In this document: positions 49,756 through 59,816 of the stretch, in pieces
Position numbering within the stretch: position 1 is the first letter of the stretch
Layout: each line of letters opens with the position of its first letter
NCBI RefSeq assembly: GCF_011764565.1
Contig: NZ_AP022871.1
Location: 2,664,320 to 2,728,319, forward strand
Origin: Phytohabitans suffuscus
Lineage (GTDB): Bacteria > Actinomycetota > Actinomycetes > Mycobacteriales > Micromonosporaceae
Direction: 5' to 3'
DNA length: 64,000 bases
Program-made: the position numbers and the translations under genes
The notes under the pieces: generated by a model
Database searches by the model: none
Told to the model about the DNA's origin: nothing
What the model saw: only the letters and a program-made list of their open reading frames with translations

Positions 49756-52316
49756 CTATCGTGGCGCGTACGCCGTGGTGCGCTCCCGCGCCGGGCGACC
49801 GGCCGCGCTGGCGATCGAGCGGAGCTGCTCGACCGTGCGCGCGGAACCGTTCGCCGAGCCCGCCATCCGCGAGATCGTCTCCTCCATCAGCGTGCCGCCC
49901 AGATCATTGCAGCCGCCCTGGAGCATCGCCACGGTGCCCTCGTCGCCGAGCTTCACCCAGGAGCACTGTATGTTGGCGATCCGCTCGTGCAGCAGGATCC
50001 GCGCCATGGCGTGCACGACCCGATTTTCCCGCCAGGTGGGACCGGGGCGGGCGATGCCGGCGAGGTAGATCGGCGCGTTGGTGTGCACGAACGGCAGCGC
50101 CACGAACTCGGTGAAGCCACCCGTACGGTCCTGGATGTCGGCCAGCACCCGAAAGTGTCCCAGCCAGTGGCGCGGGTGGTCGACGTGGCCGTACATCATC
50201 GTGGAGCTGGACCGGATGCCGACCTCGTGCGCGGTCGAGACCACCTCGACCCAGGTGGCGGTCGGGAGCTTGCCCTTGGTGAGCACCCAGCGCACCTCGT
50301 CGTCGAGGATCTCCGCGGCGGTGCCGGGGATCGTGTCGAGCCCCGCCTCGCGGAGCATGGTCAGCCAGTCCCGGATGGACGTGCCGGCCTTGCTCGCGGC
50401 GGTCACGATCTCCATCGGCGAGAACGCGTGGACGTGCATCCGCGGCACCCGCTCCTTGACCGCACGCACCAGGTCGGCGTACACGGTGACCGGCAGCTTG
50501 GGGTCGATGCCACCCTGCATGCACACCTCGGTCGCGCCGGCCCGCCACGCCTCCTCGGCCCGGTCGGCCACCTGCTCCACGGAGAGCCGGTAGGCGTCGG
50601 CGTCCCGCTCGCGCTGGGCGAACGCGCAGAAGCGGCACCCCACGTAGCAGACGTTGGAGAAGTTGATGTTGCGGTTGACGACGTACGTGACGTCGTCGCC
50701 GACCGCCTCCCGCCGCAGCCCGTCCGCGATCCGGCACAGCTCGTCGAGCGCCGCACCGTCCGCCCCGAACAGCGCCAGCGCCGCCCCTCGTTCCGCGGAA
50801 GCAGCAGGCTGCCCGGCCGGCTCCCCGCCAGCCTCAGCCCTTCCCGCAGTTGGTCAGGGAGTTCGTGGTGCGGCGCGCCGGACGGCACGCCCACGGAGTC
50901 CCTGACCAACGACCAGTCGCCGTACACGGAGTCGAAGTCGCCGCGGCGGTCCTCGGTGCGGCCCTCGGTGTCGATCTCCTTGTGCAGGTCGACGCGTCCG
51001 GACGCGACCGTGTCGTCGGGCTCCTGCCAGGGGTGGCCGGTCGGCGCGGCCTCCGGGTCGGCCAGGCCGGAGTCCAGGGACAGGGCGGCCACGTGTGGCA
51101 GGACACGGGGGTCGAGCCACGGGTCGCCGCGCACCACGTACTCGGGGTAGACGGCGAGGCGCTCGCGCATGGTGAAGCCGGCGGCGGCCGTGTGGCGGGC
51201 CAGCTCCTCGATCTGCGGCCAGGGGCGCTCAGGGCTGACGTGGTCGGGCGTCACCGGCGACACGCCGCCCCAGTCGTCGATGCCGGCGCGCAGCAGCAGG
51301 TCGTACTCGCCGGCGATCAGGTTGGGCGGGGCCTGGATGCGGGCCCGCGGGCCGAGCAGGATGCGGGCGACGGCCACCGTGGCGGCGAGGTCGTGCAGCT
51401 CGGCGTCGGGCATGCCGCGCATCGCGGTGTCCGGCTTGGCGCGGAAGTTCTGCACGATGACTTCCTGGATGTGGCCGTACTGCCGGGCCACCCGCCGGAT
51501 CGCGAAGAGCGAGTCGGCCCGCTCGGCCAGCGTCTCGCCGATGCCGATCAGGATGCCAGTGGTGAACGGCACGCCCACCCGCCCGGCGTCCTCCAGCACG
51601 CGCAGGCGGACCGCGGGCTCCTTGTCCGGCGAGCCGTAGTGCGGGCCGCCCGGCTCGCTCCACAGCCGCGTGGCCGTCGTCTCCAGCATCATGCCCATGC
51701 TGGCCGCGACGGGCTTGAGCCGCTGCAGGTCGGCCCAGGAGAGCACGCCGGGGTTGAGGTGGGGCAGCAGGCCGGTCTCTTCGAGCACCGCGATCGCGCT
51801 GGCCCGCACGTAGTCCAGAGTGGAGTCGTAGCCCCGCTCGTGCAGCCACTCGCGGGCCGCCGGCCACCGCTCCTCAGGCCGGTCGCCGAGCGTGAAGAGC
51901 GCCTCCTTGCACCCTTGCGCGGCGCCGTCGCGGGCGATCTGGAGCACCTCGTCGCGCTCCAGGAACGCCGCCGGCAGCCGGTGCGGGACCGTCGCGAACG
52001 TGCAGTAGTGGCACCGGTCGCGGCAGAGTCGGGTGAGCGGGATGAAGACGTTCTTGGAGAACGTGACGACGCCCGGCCGACCCGCGTCGCGCAGCCCGGC
52101 GTCGCGGACGCCGCCGGCGATCGCCAGGAGCTGGTCGAGCGGCTCGCCGCGTGCGGTCAGGAGCGTGGCCGCTTCGTCCACGTCGAGCGCCCGCCCGTCG
52201 GCGGCCCGGTGCAGCGCACGCCGGAGGCTGGCCTCGGTGGGCGGAGCGTCGTTGTGATCAGCCACCCGAAGAAGCCTACGGCGATACGGCGTGGGGAGGG
52301 CAGTTGCCCTCCCCAC
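49756..52316 (-). CDS. fbiC: FO synthase (bifunctional CofG/CofH); apparent -1 frameshift near 50828
   Basis: N-terminal radical-SAM CofG domain ([10 protein letters not shown]) in frame 50403. C-terminal CofH domain ([13 protein letters not shown]) in frame 49756. Linker LREGLRLAG|EPAGQPAAS spans a C4/C5 run. Confidence 0.8.
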
Positions 52317-52359
52317 ACGTTGATCGGGAATCTTTCGGCGGCTCAGCGAGCCGCGCTTG

Positions 52360-53274
52360 TCAGCGCTGGACGGGCCGCGTCGGGTCGTCGCCCAGCCCAG
52401 CCGGCGGAGGCGGCGGGAAGCCGGCCGAGGGCTGCTGGCTGGCCGGGTTGATCAGCTGGGTCTGCTGGCCCGGCTCGACCGGCGGCGGCTGCTCGTGGCT
52501 CGGCGGGGTGCTGGTCGGCGCGTGCGGCGGGGCGGCCGGCATGGGCGGCACCGGTGCGGTGGGACCCGCGCCGTAGGGCTGCGCGGGCTGCTGGGCGGGC
52601 TGCTGTGCGGGCTGGCCGTACGCCTGCGGGTAGGCGGCCGTGGGCTGCCCGTACGCCTGGGGGTACCCCTGCTGCGGGTAGCCCGGCTGCTGGCCGTAGC
52701 CCTGCGGGTAACCGGGCTGCTGGCCGTACGCCGGCTGCCCGTACATGCCCGGCTGGGGCTTGGGCTTCGGCACGAAGTAGAGGCCGCGGGCGACCCGGAC
52801 CAGGGCGTACGCCGCGATGGCGAGCACCGCCAGGACGGCGATCCGGCTGAGGAAAGCCTTCAACGCGTTGAAGACGCTGTCGTCGGCGATCTTCACGACG
52901 CCGATGAAGAGGCCGAAGATCACCCCGAAGAAGGCGGCGGCCGCGTACTCGATCAGGGCCACCAGCGTGATGACCTTGGCCCGCCCCAGCGCCGGCTGGA
53001 CGTGGTTGGCCAGGAGCACCGCGAGGAAGGGCAGCCCGATCGTGCCGAGGTTGACGAAGCCGTCGAAGCTGCCGGCGGCGTTTCCGGTGAACGTCTCGAA
53101 GTCACCGGTCGGGATGAGGTTGAGAATCGCCACGAAGAGCAGCACCGCGGTGGCGCCGAGGAGCACCAGGGCGGCTAGCTCGCGCAACGGCTTGGTGAAC
53201 TGGCTGGCCGACGTCCCGTCGCTCGGCGTGGCCTCGGGTTGGGTGGTCAAGGCTCCCCCTGGGGTGGCGGACAA
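52360..53274 (-). CDS. Membrane protein with a C-terminal Pro/Gln/Tyr-rich low-complexity tail
   Basis: Four predicted TM helices, then (GYPQ/YGQP) repeats. Start uncertain (TTG candidates at 53250 or 53274) because the ORF-track N-terminus overlaps cofD antisense. Confidence 0.45.
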   Translation of the reverse strand: MSATPGGALTTQPEATPSDGTSASQFTKPLRELAALVLLGATAVLLFVAILNLIPTGDFETFTGNAAGSFDGFVNLGTIGLPFLAVLLANHVQPALGRAKVITLVALIEYAAAAFFGVIFGLFIGVVKIADDSVFNALKAFLSRIAVLAVLAIAAYALVRVARGLYFVPKPKPQPGMYGQPAYGQQPGYPQGYGQQPGYPQQGYPQAYGQPTAAYPQAYGQPAQQPAQQPAQPYGAGPTAPVPPMPAAPPHAPTSTPPSHEQPPPVEPGQQTQLINPASQQPSAGFPPPPPAGLGDDPTRPVQR

Positions 53275-53370
53275 AGCGGTCTGCGACCGTGAGCCTAGCG
53301 GTCCGGGGGTAGCGCCGCTGCTCTCGCCTGGCCTGCGGGAGGATATGTGGACCTGCGGGAGGATGTGGAC

Positions 53371-54306
53371 ATGCGGATCGTGGTACTGGCCGGAGGCATC
53401 GGCGGGGCTCGCTTCCTGGTCGGCGTGCGCGCGTACGCCCGCGAGGTGGGCGCCGAGGTGACCGCCGTCGTGAATGTCGGGGACGACGCGTCCATGCACG
53501 GGCTCCGGATTTGCCCCGATTTGGATAGTGTCATGTATACGCTCGGTGGCGGCGCCGACCCGGAACGCGGCTGGGGACGGGCCGGCGAGACCTGGACGGT
53601 CAAGGGTGAGCTGGCCGCGTACGGCGCCGAGCCCACGTGGTTCGGCCTCGGCGACAAGGACATCGCCACCCACCTGGTGCGCGGCACGATGCTGACCGCC
53701 GGCTACCCGCTCTCCGCGGTGACCGAGGCGCTCTGCGACCGGTGGCGGCCCGGCGTGCGGCTGCTGCCGGCCAGCGACGACCGGCTGGAGACCCACGCCG
53801 TGGTCGAGGTCAACGGCGAGCAGCGGGCGATCCACTTCCAGGAGTGGTGGGTGCGGTACCGGGGAGACCTGCCGACCGAGCGCTTCGTCTTCGTCGGCGC
53901 GGAGTCGGCCAAGCCGGCGCCCGGCGTGCTCGACGCGCTCGCCGCGGCCGACGTGGTGCTGCTCGCGCCGAGCAACCCGGTGGTGAGCATCGCGCCGATC
54001 CTGGCCGTGCCGGGGCTGCGCGAGGCGGTCGCCACGAGCGCCGCGCCGGTGGTCGGGATCTCCCCCATCATCGGCGGCGCGCCGGTGCGCGGCATGGCCG
54101 ACAAGTGCCTGTCGATCGTGGGCGTGGAGTGCACGGCGGGTGGCGTCGGCGCGCTCTACGGCCCCGACCTCCTCGACGGCTGGCTGGTCGACACGACCGA
54201 CGAGGGCGCGGAGGTGCCGGGCGTGCCGGTCCGCGCTGTTCCACTGTGGATGAACGACGAGCAGGCGACCGCCGCGATGGTGCGCGCCGCGATGGAGCTG
54301 GCGTGA
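53371..54306 (+). CDS. cofD: 2-phospho-L-lactate transferase
   Basis: MRIVVLAGGIGGARFL...; CofD/FbiA pattern; RBS GGGAGGA 7 nt upstream of the ATG at 53371. Confidence 0.8.
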   Translation: MRIVVLAGGIGGARFLVGVRAYAREVGAEVTAVVNVGDDASMHGLRICPDLDSVMYTLGGGADPERGWGRAGETWTVKGELAAYGAEPTWFGLGDKDIATHLVRGTMLTAGYPLSAVTEALCDRWRPGVRLLPASDDRLETHAVVEVNGEQRAIHFQEWWVRYRGDLPTERFVFVGAESAKPAPGVLDALAAADVVLLAPSNPVVSIAPILAVPGLREAVATSAAPVVGISPIIGGAPVRGMADKCLSIVGVECTAGGVGALYGPDLLDGWLVDTTDEGAEVPGVPVRAVPLWMNDEQATAAMVRAAMELA

Positions 54307-55313
54307 GGTTGGAAGTACTGCCGGTCACCGGCATCGGCGACGTCTCCCCCGGTGACGACCTGGCCGCGCTGATCGCGGGTGCCGCACCGTGGCTGCGCGA
54401 CGGCGACGTGCTCGTCGTCACCAGCAAGATCGTGTCCAAAGCGGAGGGTCAGCTTGTCGACGTGCCGGCCGAGGGGCCCGAGCGGGCCGCCGCGCGCGAC
54501 GAGGTACTGGCCGCCGAGACCGCGCGCCGGGTGGCGACCCGCGGCCAGACCCGGATCGTGCAGACCCACCACGGCTTCGTGATGGCCTCCGCCGGGATCG
54601 ACGCCTCCAATGTGGACCGCCAGCGGCTCGTGCTGCTCCCCAAGGACCCGGACGCCTCCGCCCGCGCGCTGCGGGCCGCGCTGCGCGAGCGGCACGGCGT
54701 CGACGTGGCCGTGGTCGTCTCCGACACGATGGGCCGCCCGTGGCGCAACGGCCTCACCGACGTGGCGCTCGGCGCGGCCGGCATCGCGCCGGTCCGCGAC
54801 CACCGGGGCGAGACCGACCCGTACGGCAACGAGCTGCACATCACCCAGATGGCCGTCGTCGACGAGCTGGCCGCCGCGAGCGAGCTGGTCAAGGGCAAGA
54901 CCGACCAGGTGCCGGTCGCGGTCGTGCGCGGCTACCTGTCCCGGCCGGGCGACGACGGCCCGGGGGCGGTCACGCTCGTGCGCGAGGCGGCGGCCGACAT
55001 GTTCTCGCTCGGCACGGCCGAGGCCCGCGCGGCCGGCCTCCGCGAGGCGGCACTGCTCCCGCTCGACCCGCCGGCGGCCGAGGAGCCGGCCGAGCCGGCC
55101 GCGGTGGAGCGCGCGATCGCCGCGGTGGCCGGCGTGGTCGCGCCCGGCACGGTCTTCACCCACGTTCCAGGCGAAGGGGTACGGGCTACGCCGCCCCGGT
55201 CCACGGACGCCGCGACGCTCGTGCGCTTCGGCACCGACCTGCACCGCCTGCGGGCCGCCCTGGCCGCCGAGGGCGCCGCGAGCCTGCCCGTGCGGCCGGT
55301 CCTGCCCGGCTGA
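54303..55313 (+). CDS. cofE: Coenzyme F420-0:L-glutamate ligase (CofE domain) with a short C-terminal tail
   Basis: CofE pattern (VVTSKIVSKAEG...SAGIDASN...); GTGA overlap with cofD; 336 aa. Confidence 0.75.
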   Translation: MRLEVLPVTGIGDVSPGDDLAALIAGAAPWLRDGDVLVVTSKIVSKAEGQLVDVPAEGPERAAARDEVLAAETARRVATRGQTRIVQTHHGFVMASAGIDASNVDRQRLVLLPKDPDASARALRAALRERHGVDVAVVVSDTMGRPWRNGLTDVALGAAGIAPVRDHRGETDPYGNELHITQMAVVDELAAASELVKGKTDQVPVAVVRGYLSRPGDDGPGAVTLVREAAADMFSLGTAEARAAGLREAALLPLDPPAAEEPAEPAAVERAIAAVAGVVAPGTVFTHVPGEGVRATPPRSTDAATLVRFGTDLHRLRAALAAEGAASLPVRPVLPG

Positions 55314-55527
55314 GCCTGCCCGCCTGATCCTTCCCCGCCCGGGTCTTCTCGCGCGGCCTCGTTTTCGTGGGCCGGGTGGTGGCTCGCGAGTTTCGACGGC
55401 GGCTGCCAGCCGTACCGGAACAGTATTGACATGTTTCGGTCTCTCGGTCGAAACTTGTCGATGTCGGCATCGGTGATCTTCGATCGCGGCGCCGCGCCCA
55501 CCACCCCACCTCGGAAGGAGAGCCCAA

Positions 55528-57201
55528 GTGACCATCAGCTCGGGCCGCTCTAAGTTCCGATCGACGGTCATCGTGCTGGCAGTAGCGGTGCTCGCGGTCA
55601 CCGGAACGGTAGCTGTGTTGACGAGAACCACCCCCGCGTTCGCCGCGGTGGGTGTCGAGGACGACGGCGCCGACTGCCCGGTGGCCAGCAGCCCCTCGAC
55701 GTCCAGCGCCAGACTGCCCGATCCTTTCCGGAAGATTGACGGTAGTCGCGTCACCTCCAAGGCGGACTGGCGGTGCCGCCGAGCCGAGATCCGGGAGATG
55801 GCCGAGCGGTCCGTATACGGACAGAAGCCACCAAAGCCCGCATCCGTCACGGGCACCGTCTCGACCAGCGGCATCACCGTGAACGTCTCGGACCAGGGCC
55901 GCAGCGCGAGCTTCTCGGCGAGCGTCCAGCTGCCGACGACCGGCTCCGCGCCGTACCCGGCGGTCTTCGTCGTCGGCGGGTTCGGCGCCGACACCGCGAC
56001 CATCCGCAGCTCGGGCGCCGCGGTCATCAGCTACGACCCGCTCGCCGTCGGCCGCGAGGGCACCCCGCGCAACAACAAGCAGGGCGCGTTCTACAGCATC
56101 TACGGCGCGTCGAGCAGCACCGGCATCCTGATGGCCTGGGCCTGGGGCGTGAGCCGCCTCATCGACGTCATCGAGTCGTCCGGCAGCGGCGTCTTCCGGG
56201 CTGACGGGCTGGGCGTCACGGGCTGTTCCCGGTACGGCAAGGGCGCCTTCACGATCGGCGTCTTCGACCAGCGCATCGCCCTGACCATGCCGATCGAGTC
56301 CGGCAGCGGCGGCGCACCCATCTTCCGCGGGATACCTGGCGAGTCCGGCTCCCAGCCGCTGAGCAGCGCGTACAGCGAGCAGCCGTGGCTGGGTGACGCG
56401 TTCAGCTCGTACACCGGCAACCCGAACTCGCTGCCCGTGGACACCCACGAGATGGTCGGCATGATCGCGCCACGCGGCCTTCTCCTCATGGAGAACCCGC
56501 ACATCGACTGGCTGGCCGCGAGGTCCGGCAGCAACGCGGCGCTCGCCGGTGCCGAGATCTACAAGGCGCTCGGCGTGGGCGGCAACATCACGTACTGGTC
56601 CGACGTGTCGGACGGGACGCACTGCGCCGCCCGGAGCGAGTGGCGCACCCCGATCCAGCAGTTCATCCAGAAGTTCCTGCTGAAGACGGGCAACGCGGCC
56701 GGCACGATCCGGATCTCCAGCCGCAAGCAGGGCAACCTGGCCGAGTGGCGGGACTGGACGACCCCGACCCTGACCGACGGGCCGACCACCCCGCCGCCGA
56801 CGACCCCGCCGCCCACCACGCCCCCACCCACGACGCCCCCGCCCACCACACCGCCGCCGACCACCCCGCCGCCCACGACGCCACCGCCCACGACCCCGCC
56901 GCCAGCGGGTAACGGCTGCACGGCGACGGTCTCGCTCAACCAGTGGACGGGCGGGTTCGTGGCGACGATACGGGTGACCGCCGGCTCCGCGGCGATCAGC
57001 GGCTGGACGGTCGCGGCGACCCTGCCGTCGGGCGCCAGCGTCACCAACCACTGGAACGCCAACCGCACCGGCACCAGCGGAAACGTCCAGTTCACCAACG
57101 TCAGCTACAACGGCTCGATCGGCGCCGGCCAGTCGACCGCGTTCGGCTTCCAGGGCACGGGCACCGGCACCGGCCTCACCCCCACCTGCACAGCGCGGTA
57201 A
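55528..57201 (+). CDS. Secreted CE15 glucuronoyl esterase with Pro/Thr linker and C-terminal CBM2
   Basis: Signal peptide; CE15 catalytic motif GCSRYGKGA; (PTTPP)x8 linker; CBM2 (CTATVSLNQWTGGF...W...NVSYNGSIGAGQSTAFGFQG...PTCTA). Confidence 0.75.
   Translation: MTISSGRSKFRSTVIVLAVAVLAVTGTVAVLTRTTPAFAAVGVEDDGADCPVASSPSTSSARLPDPFRKIDGSRVTSKADWRCRRAEIREMAERSVYGQKPPKPASVTGTVSTSGITVNVSDQGRSASFSASVQLPTTGSAPYPAVFVVGGFGADTATIRSSGAAVISYDPLAVGREGTPRNNKQGAFYSIYGASSSTGILMAWAWGVSRLIDVIESSGSGVFRADGLGVTGCSRYGKGAFTIGVFDQRIALTMPIESGSGGAPIFRGIPGESGSQPLSSAYSEQPWLGDAFSSYTGNPNSLPVDTHEMVGMIAPRGLLLMENPHIDWLAARSGSNAALAGAEIYKALGVGGNITYWSDVSDGTHCAARSEWRTPIQQFIQKFLLKTGNAAGTIRISSRKQGNLAEWRDWTTPTLTDGPTTPPPTTPPPTTPPPTTPPPTTPPPTTPPPTTPPPTTPPPAGNGCTATVSLNQWTGGFVATIRVTAGSAAISGWTVAATLPSGASVTNHWNANRTGTSGNVQFTNVSYNGSIGAGQSTAFGFQGTGTGTGLTPTCTAR
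56782..56904. repeat. 15-nt tandem repeat encoding the (PTTPP)8 linker
   Basis: ccgaccaccccgccg-type units repeated about 8 times inside the CE15 gene. Confidence 0.8.
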
Positions 57202-57252
57202 CCAGCCGGGCCTCTCCCCGGGTCTCGCGCGCGCCGCGCGACCCGGGGGCGA

Positions 57253-58299
57253 TCAGCTCAGCCAGACGGCCACCCGGTGGTCCTCGTCGGTGACGTAGAC
57301 GTGCTGGCCGCCGGCGACCGCCAGGCCCTCGACGTTGTGAAAGGGGGCCAGGTCGGCGATGAGCTCGGCGGCCACCTGCCGGCCGCCGTCCGGGGTCGGG
57401 AGGCGGAAGCGGATGTGCCGGCTGGTCACGTCGCCGCCCTCGGGGTGGTCGTCGAGCAGCACCGAGCCCTTGCCCAGCGCGTCGATCGAGCCGACCACCG
57501 CCTCGTACATGCCGTCGCCGACCGCGGTCAGCGCCCGGAACCCGACGAGCGCGCCGGGCGGTGTGACGCCGGTCAGGGCGTAGGCCCGCACGACCTCGGG
57601 CCAGGTCCGCGAGTCGTCGTCGAACATGCCCTCCACGCCCGCCACCTCCACCAGCACCGGCTCGCCCTTTTCGGTCACCGGGAAGCGGAGCCCGAGCAGC
57701 AGCGTGCCGGACGGGGTGAAGGCGGCCGCCTCGACGTTGAGCGGGAGGTCACCGGGGGTGAGGCGGGTGGCCCAGGTCTTCTCCCGCGCCGTGCCTCGGT
57801 TGATGGTCTCCACGATGAACCTGGTCCGCACCCGGTTGCCCGGCGGCAGCGGCGTGATGTCGGCGGCCGCCAGCGCGTCGTTGACCAGCCGGTGCAGCCG
57901 GAACTGGTTGCGGACGATCTGCAGGCCCGCCGCGCCGGGGCGACCCGCGTCGGCCTCCCGGAAGCGGGCGAAGAACGCGCGCTTCGGGCGCAGCGGGCCG
58001 CCCTTGGAGCCGAAGTGCGAGCCGATCACGTACACCCACTCGCCGGAACGGGCGAGCGCCTCGCCATCCTCGGTGCGGCCGGTCTCCACCCCCGCGTCGA
58101 ACGCGGCGTGATGTGCCGTCCAGATGCCGTCCTGGCGCTCCAGCAGCAGCGCCAGGCACTGCTCGACGGTGCCCTCGTCGAGCACCGTCCAGAACGCCCG
58201 CCGCGCGCCGTGCGCCGCCAGCACCTCGGGCGCGAGCACGGGAAGCAGGTCGCTCGCCTCGTTGCATCCGACGGCGAGCTCTACCGAGGTCAGGGTCAT
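57253..58299 (-). CDS. Hypothetical protein
   Basis: 348 aa from the internal ATG at 58299 (MTLTSVELAVG...) chosen instead of the ORF-track start at 58338, giving 13 fewer residues. No motif I can name with confidence. Confidence 0.4.
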   Translation of the reverse strand: MTLTSVELAVGCNEASDLLPVLAPEVLAAHGARRAFWTVLDEGTVEQCLALLLERQDGIWTAHHAAFDAGVETGRTEDGEALARSGEWVYVIGSHFGSKGGPLRPKRAFFARFREADAGRPGAAGLQIVRNQFRLHRLVNDALAAADITPLPPGNRVRTRFIVETINRGTAREKTWATRLTPGDLPLNVEAAAFTPSGTLLLGLRFPVTEKGEPVLVEVAGVEGMFDDDSRTWPEVVRAYALTGVTPPGALVGFRALTAVGDGMYEAVVGSIDALGKGSVLLDDHPEGGDVTSRHIRFRLPTPDGGRQVAAELIADLAPFHNVEGLAVAGGQHVYVTDEDHRVAVWLS

Positions 58300-58353
58300 T
58301 GATCCAGCGTAGGGGCATTCCACTGGTCCGGCCGGCACGGGCCGGTCCGGCCG

Positions 58354-58841
58354 TCACGGGGCGTTGAACGTGTGGCACAGCAGCAACGCCGCGACCGAAG
58401 ACTGCTCGGTGACGACGCCGGCTCGTACGAGATCGAGTGCCGATGACCACCGGGTGAGCCCGACGGAGGGCTTGTCAGGCTCATCCGCGTCGGGACGGCA
58501 GCCCACGCCTTCGACTCTCCCGCGAGCGAGAAACACGAAGATCCTTGCCGCCGAGCTGGCCGCGTCACGTTCGAGCACGGCGACCTGGACCAGGGTGGAC
58601 GCCTGGAATCCGGCCTCCTCGCGCAGCTCTCGCCGAGCCGCGTCGACGGCGTCCTCCCCCTCCTCCAGAGCGCCTCCGGGGAGCTCCCAGTCTCCCGCCC
58701 GATCCCGCACCTGAACTGGCGCACGAGCACGAGATCGCCGGCCTCGGTGACCGCGCAGGCGATCGCGACGTCTGGCCGGCTGACGATGTAGTAGTCGTCC
58801 ATCCGCCGACCCCGCGGATCGACGAAACTGACGTTCTCCAC
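58354..58841 (-). CDS. NUDIX hydrolase; apparent -1 frameshift near 58697
   Basis: N-terminus (...DLVLVRQFR) in frame 58296, then NUDIX box GGALEEGEDAVDAARRELREEAGF in frame 58354. Junction lies at a C3/C4 run. Confidence 0.6.
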
Positions 58842-58925
58842 TGAAAGCCATCGAGATCGCAGGACAGTCTCCGCGGCCTCCGGCAGCCACGGAACCGGCT
58901 CGGTGCCGCCCAGCCCCGGATCAGC

Positions 58926-59810
58926 TCACTGTCCCGTGACATCGCGGCTCACGCTCCACAGTTCCTCGTACTGGCGCGCGAAGAAGGCGAAAAGGTCGTC
59001 GTCACCCGACCCCGATCCCGGCCGGAGGAGCAGGCCCGGCCGGAGGTTGGCCGAAGCCCGGTACGGCAGTATCTCCACCTGTATGCGGCCCTCGCCCGAG
59101 CCCGGATCCACGATGATCACATTAACGGTCGGCGTCGTGTCGTAGGCGCGGACGTCGAATCGGCCGCCCTGGGCCCTCGCCTCTCGGGCCAGCTCGACCA
59201 TCGCGCTCTGACTACGGCGCAGCTCCCGGTGAAACGAGTCCTCTTCACCGAAGTGGCGCCCCAGAGCGAGGTGGATCTGGCGCAGGTTGGTGCCACCGTC
59301 CAGCAGCAGGATCCGCACCGGGCACTCGAGCGACTTCTCGATCAGGAAGGTCCGGTAGTGCTGGGCGAAATGGATCAACGTCGTACCGGCGATGAGGATC
59401 AGGCTGCGCGCCGGCGAAAGAAGCGGCAGCAGCGGAATCTCCCGGCGGGTACTCCGCACCATCGACTCCACCTCGGCGGGAAAGCGCGAGTTTGCCGCTA
59501 TCTGCCGCTCCAGCTCGGCGAACTTCCGGTCGGACCGATGTGCCGCCGCCACTACCGCCCGATGCGTACGTTCGAGGACGCTCTTCCGCTCCAGGATGTT
59601 CGACCCGAAGAACAGTCCCAACGCGAGCAGGGTTATGACCGGCACCCGTGGAGCGAGCCACGGAAGGCGATCCAGGCCGACACTCAGGTCGATCGCGGAA
59701 ATCGCCAGTGCGGTCGCGAGCAGCAGCAGGACGACCGCGTCTGAAACCCGGCGAGCCACGACCTCCCACCGGGAGACCTCGTCCTCAAGAGTGTCTGGAC
59801 CGGAAACCAT
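58926..59810 (-). CDS. Hypothetical membrane-anchored protein (two N-terminal TM helices)
   Basis: 294 aa; no recognisable catalytic motif. Confidence 0.4.
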   Translation of the reverse strand: MVSGPDTLEDEVSRWEVVARRVSDAVVLLLLATALAISAIDLSVGLDRLPWLAPRVPVITLLALGLFFGSNILERKSVLERTHRAVVAAAHRSDRKFAELERQIAANSRFPAEVESMVRSTRREIPLLPLLSPARSLILIAGTTLIHFAQHYRTFLIEKSLECPVRILLLDGGTNLRQIHLALGRHFGEEDSFHRELRRSQSAMVELAREARAQGGRFDVRAYDTTPTVNVIIVDPGSGEGRIQVEILPYRASANLRPGLLLRPGSGSGDDDLFAFFARQYEELWSVSRDVTGQ

Positions 59811-59816
59811 TGCCCG

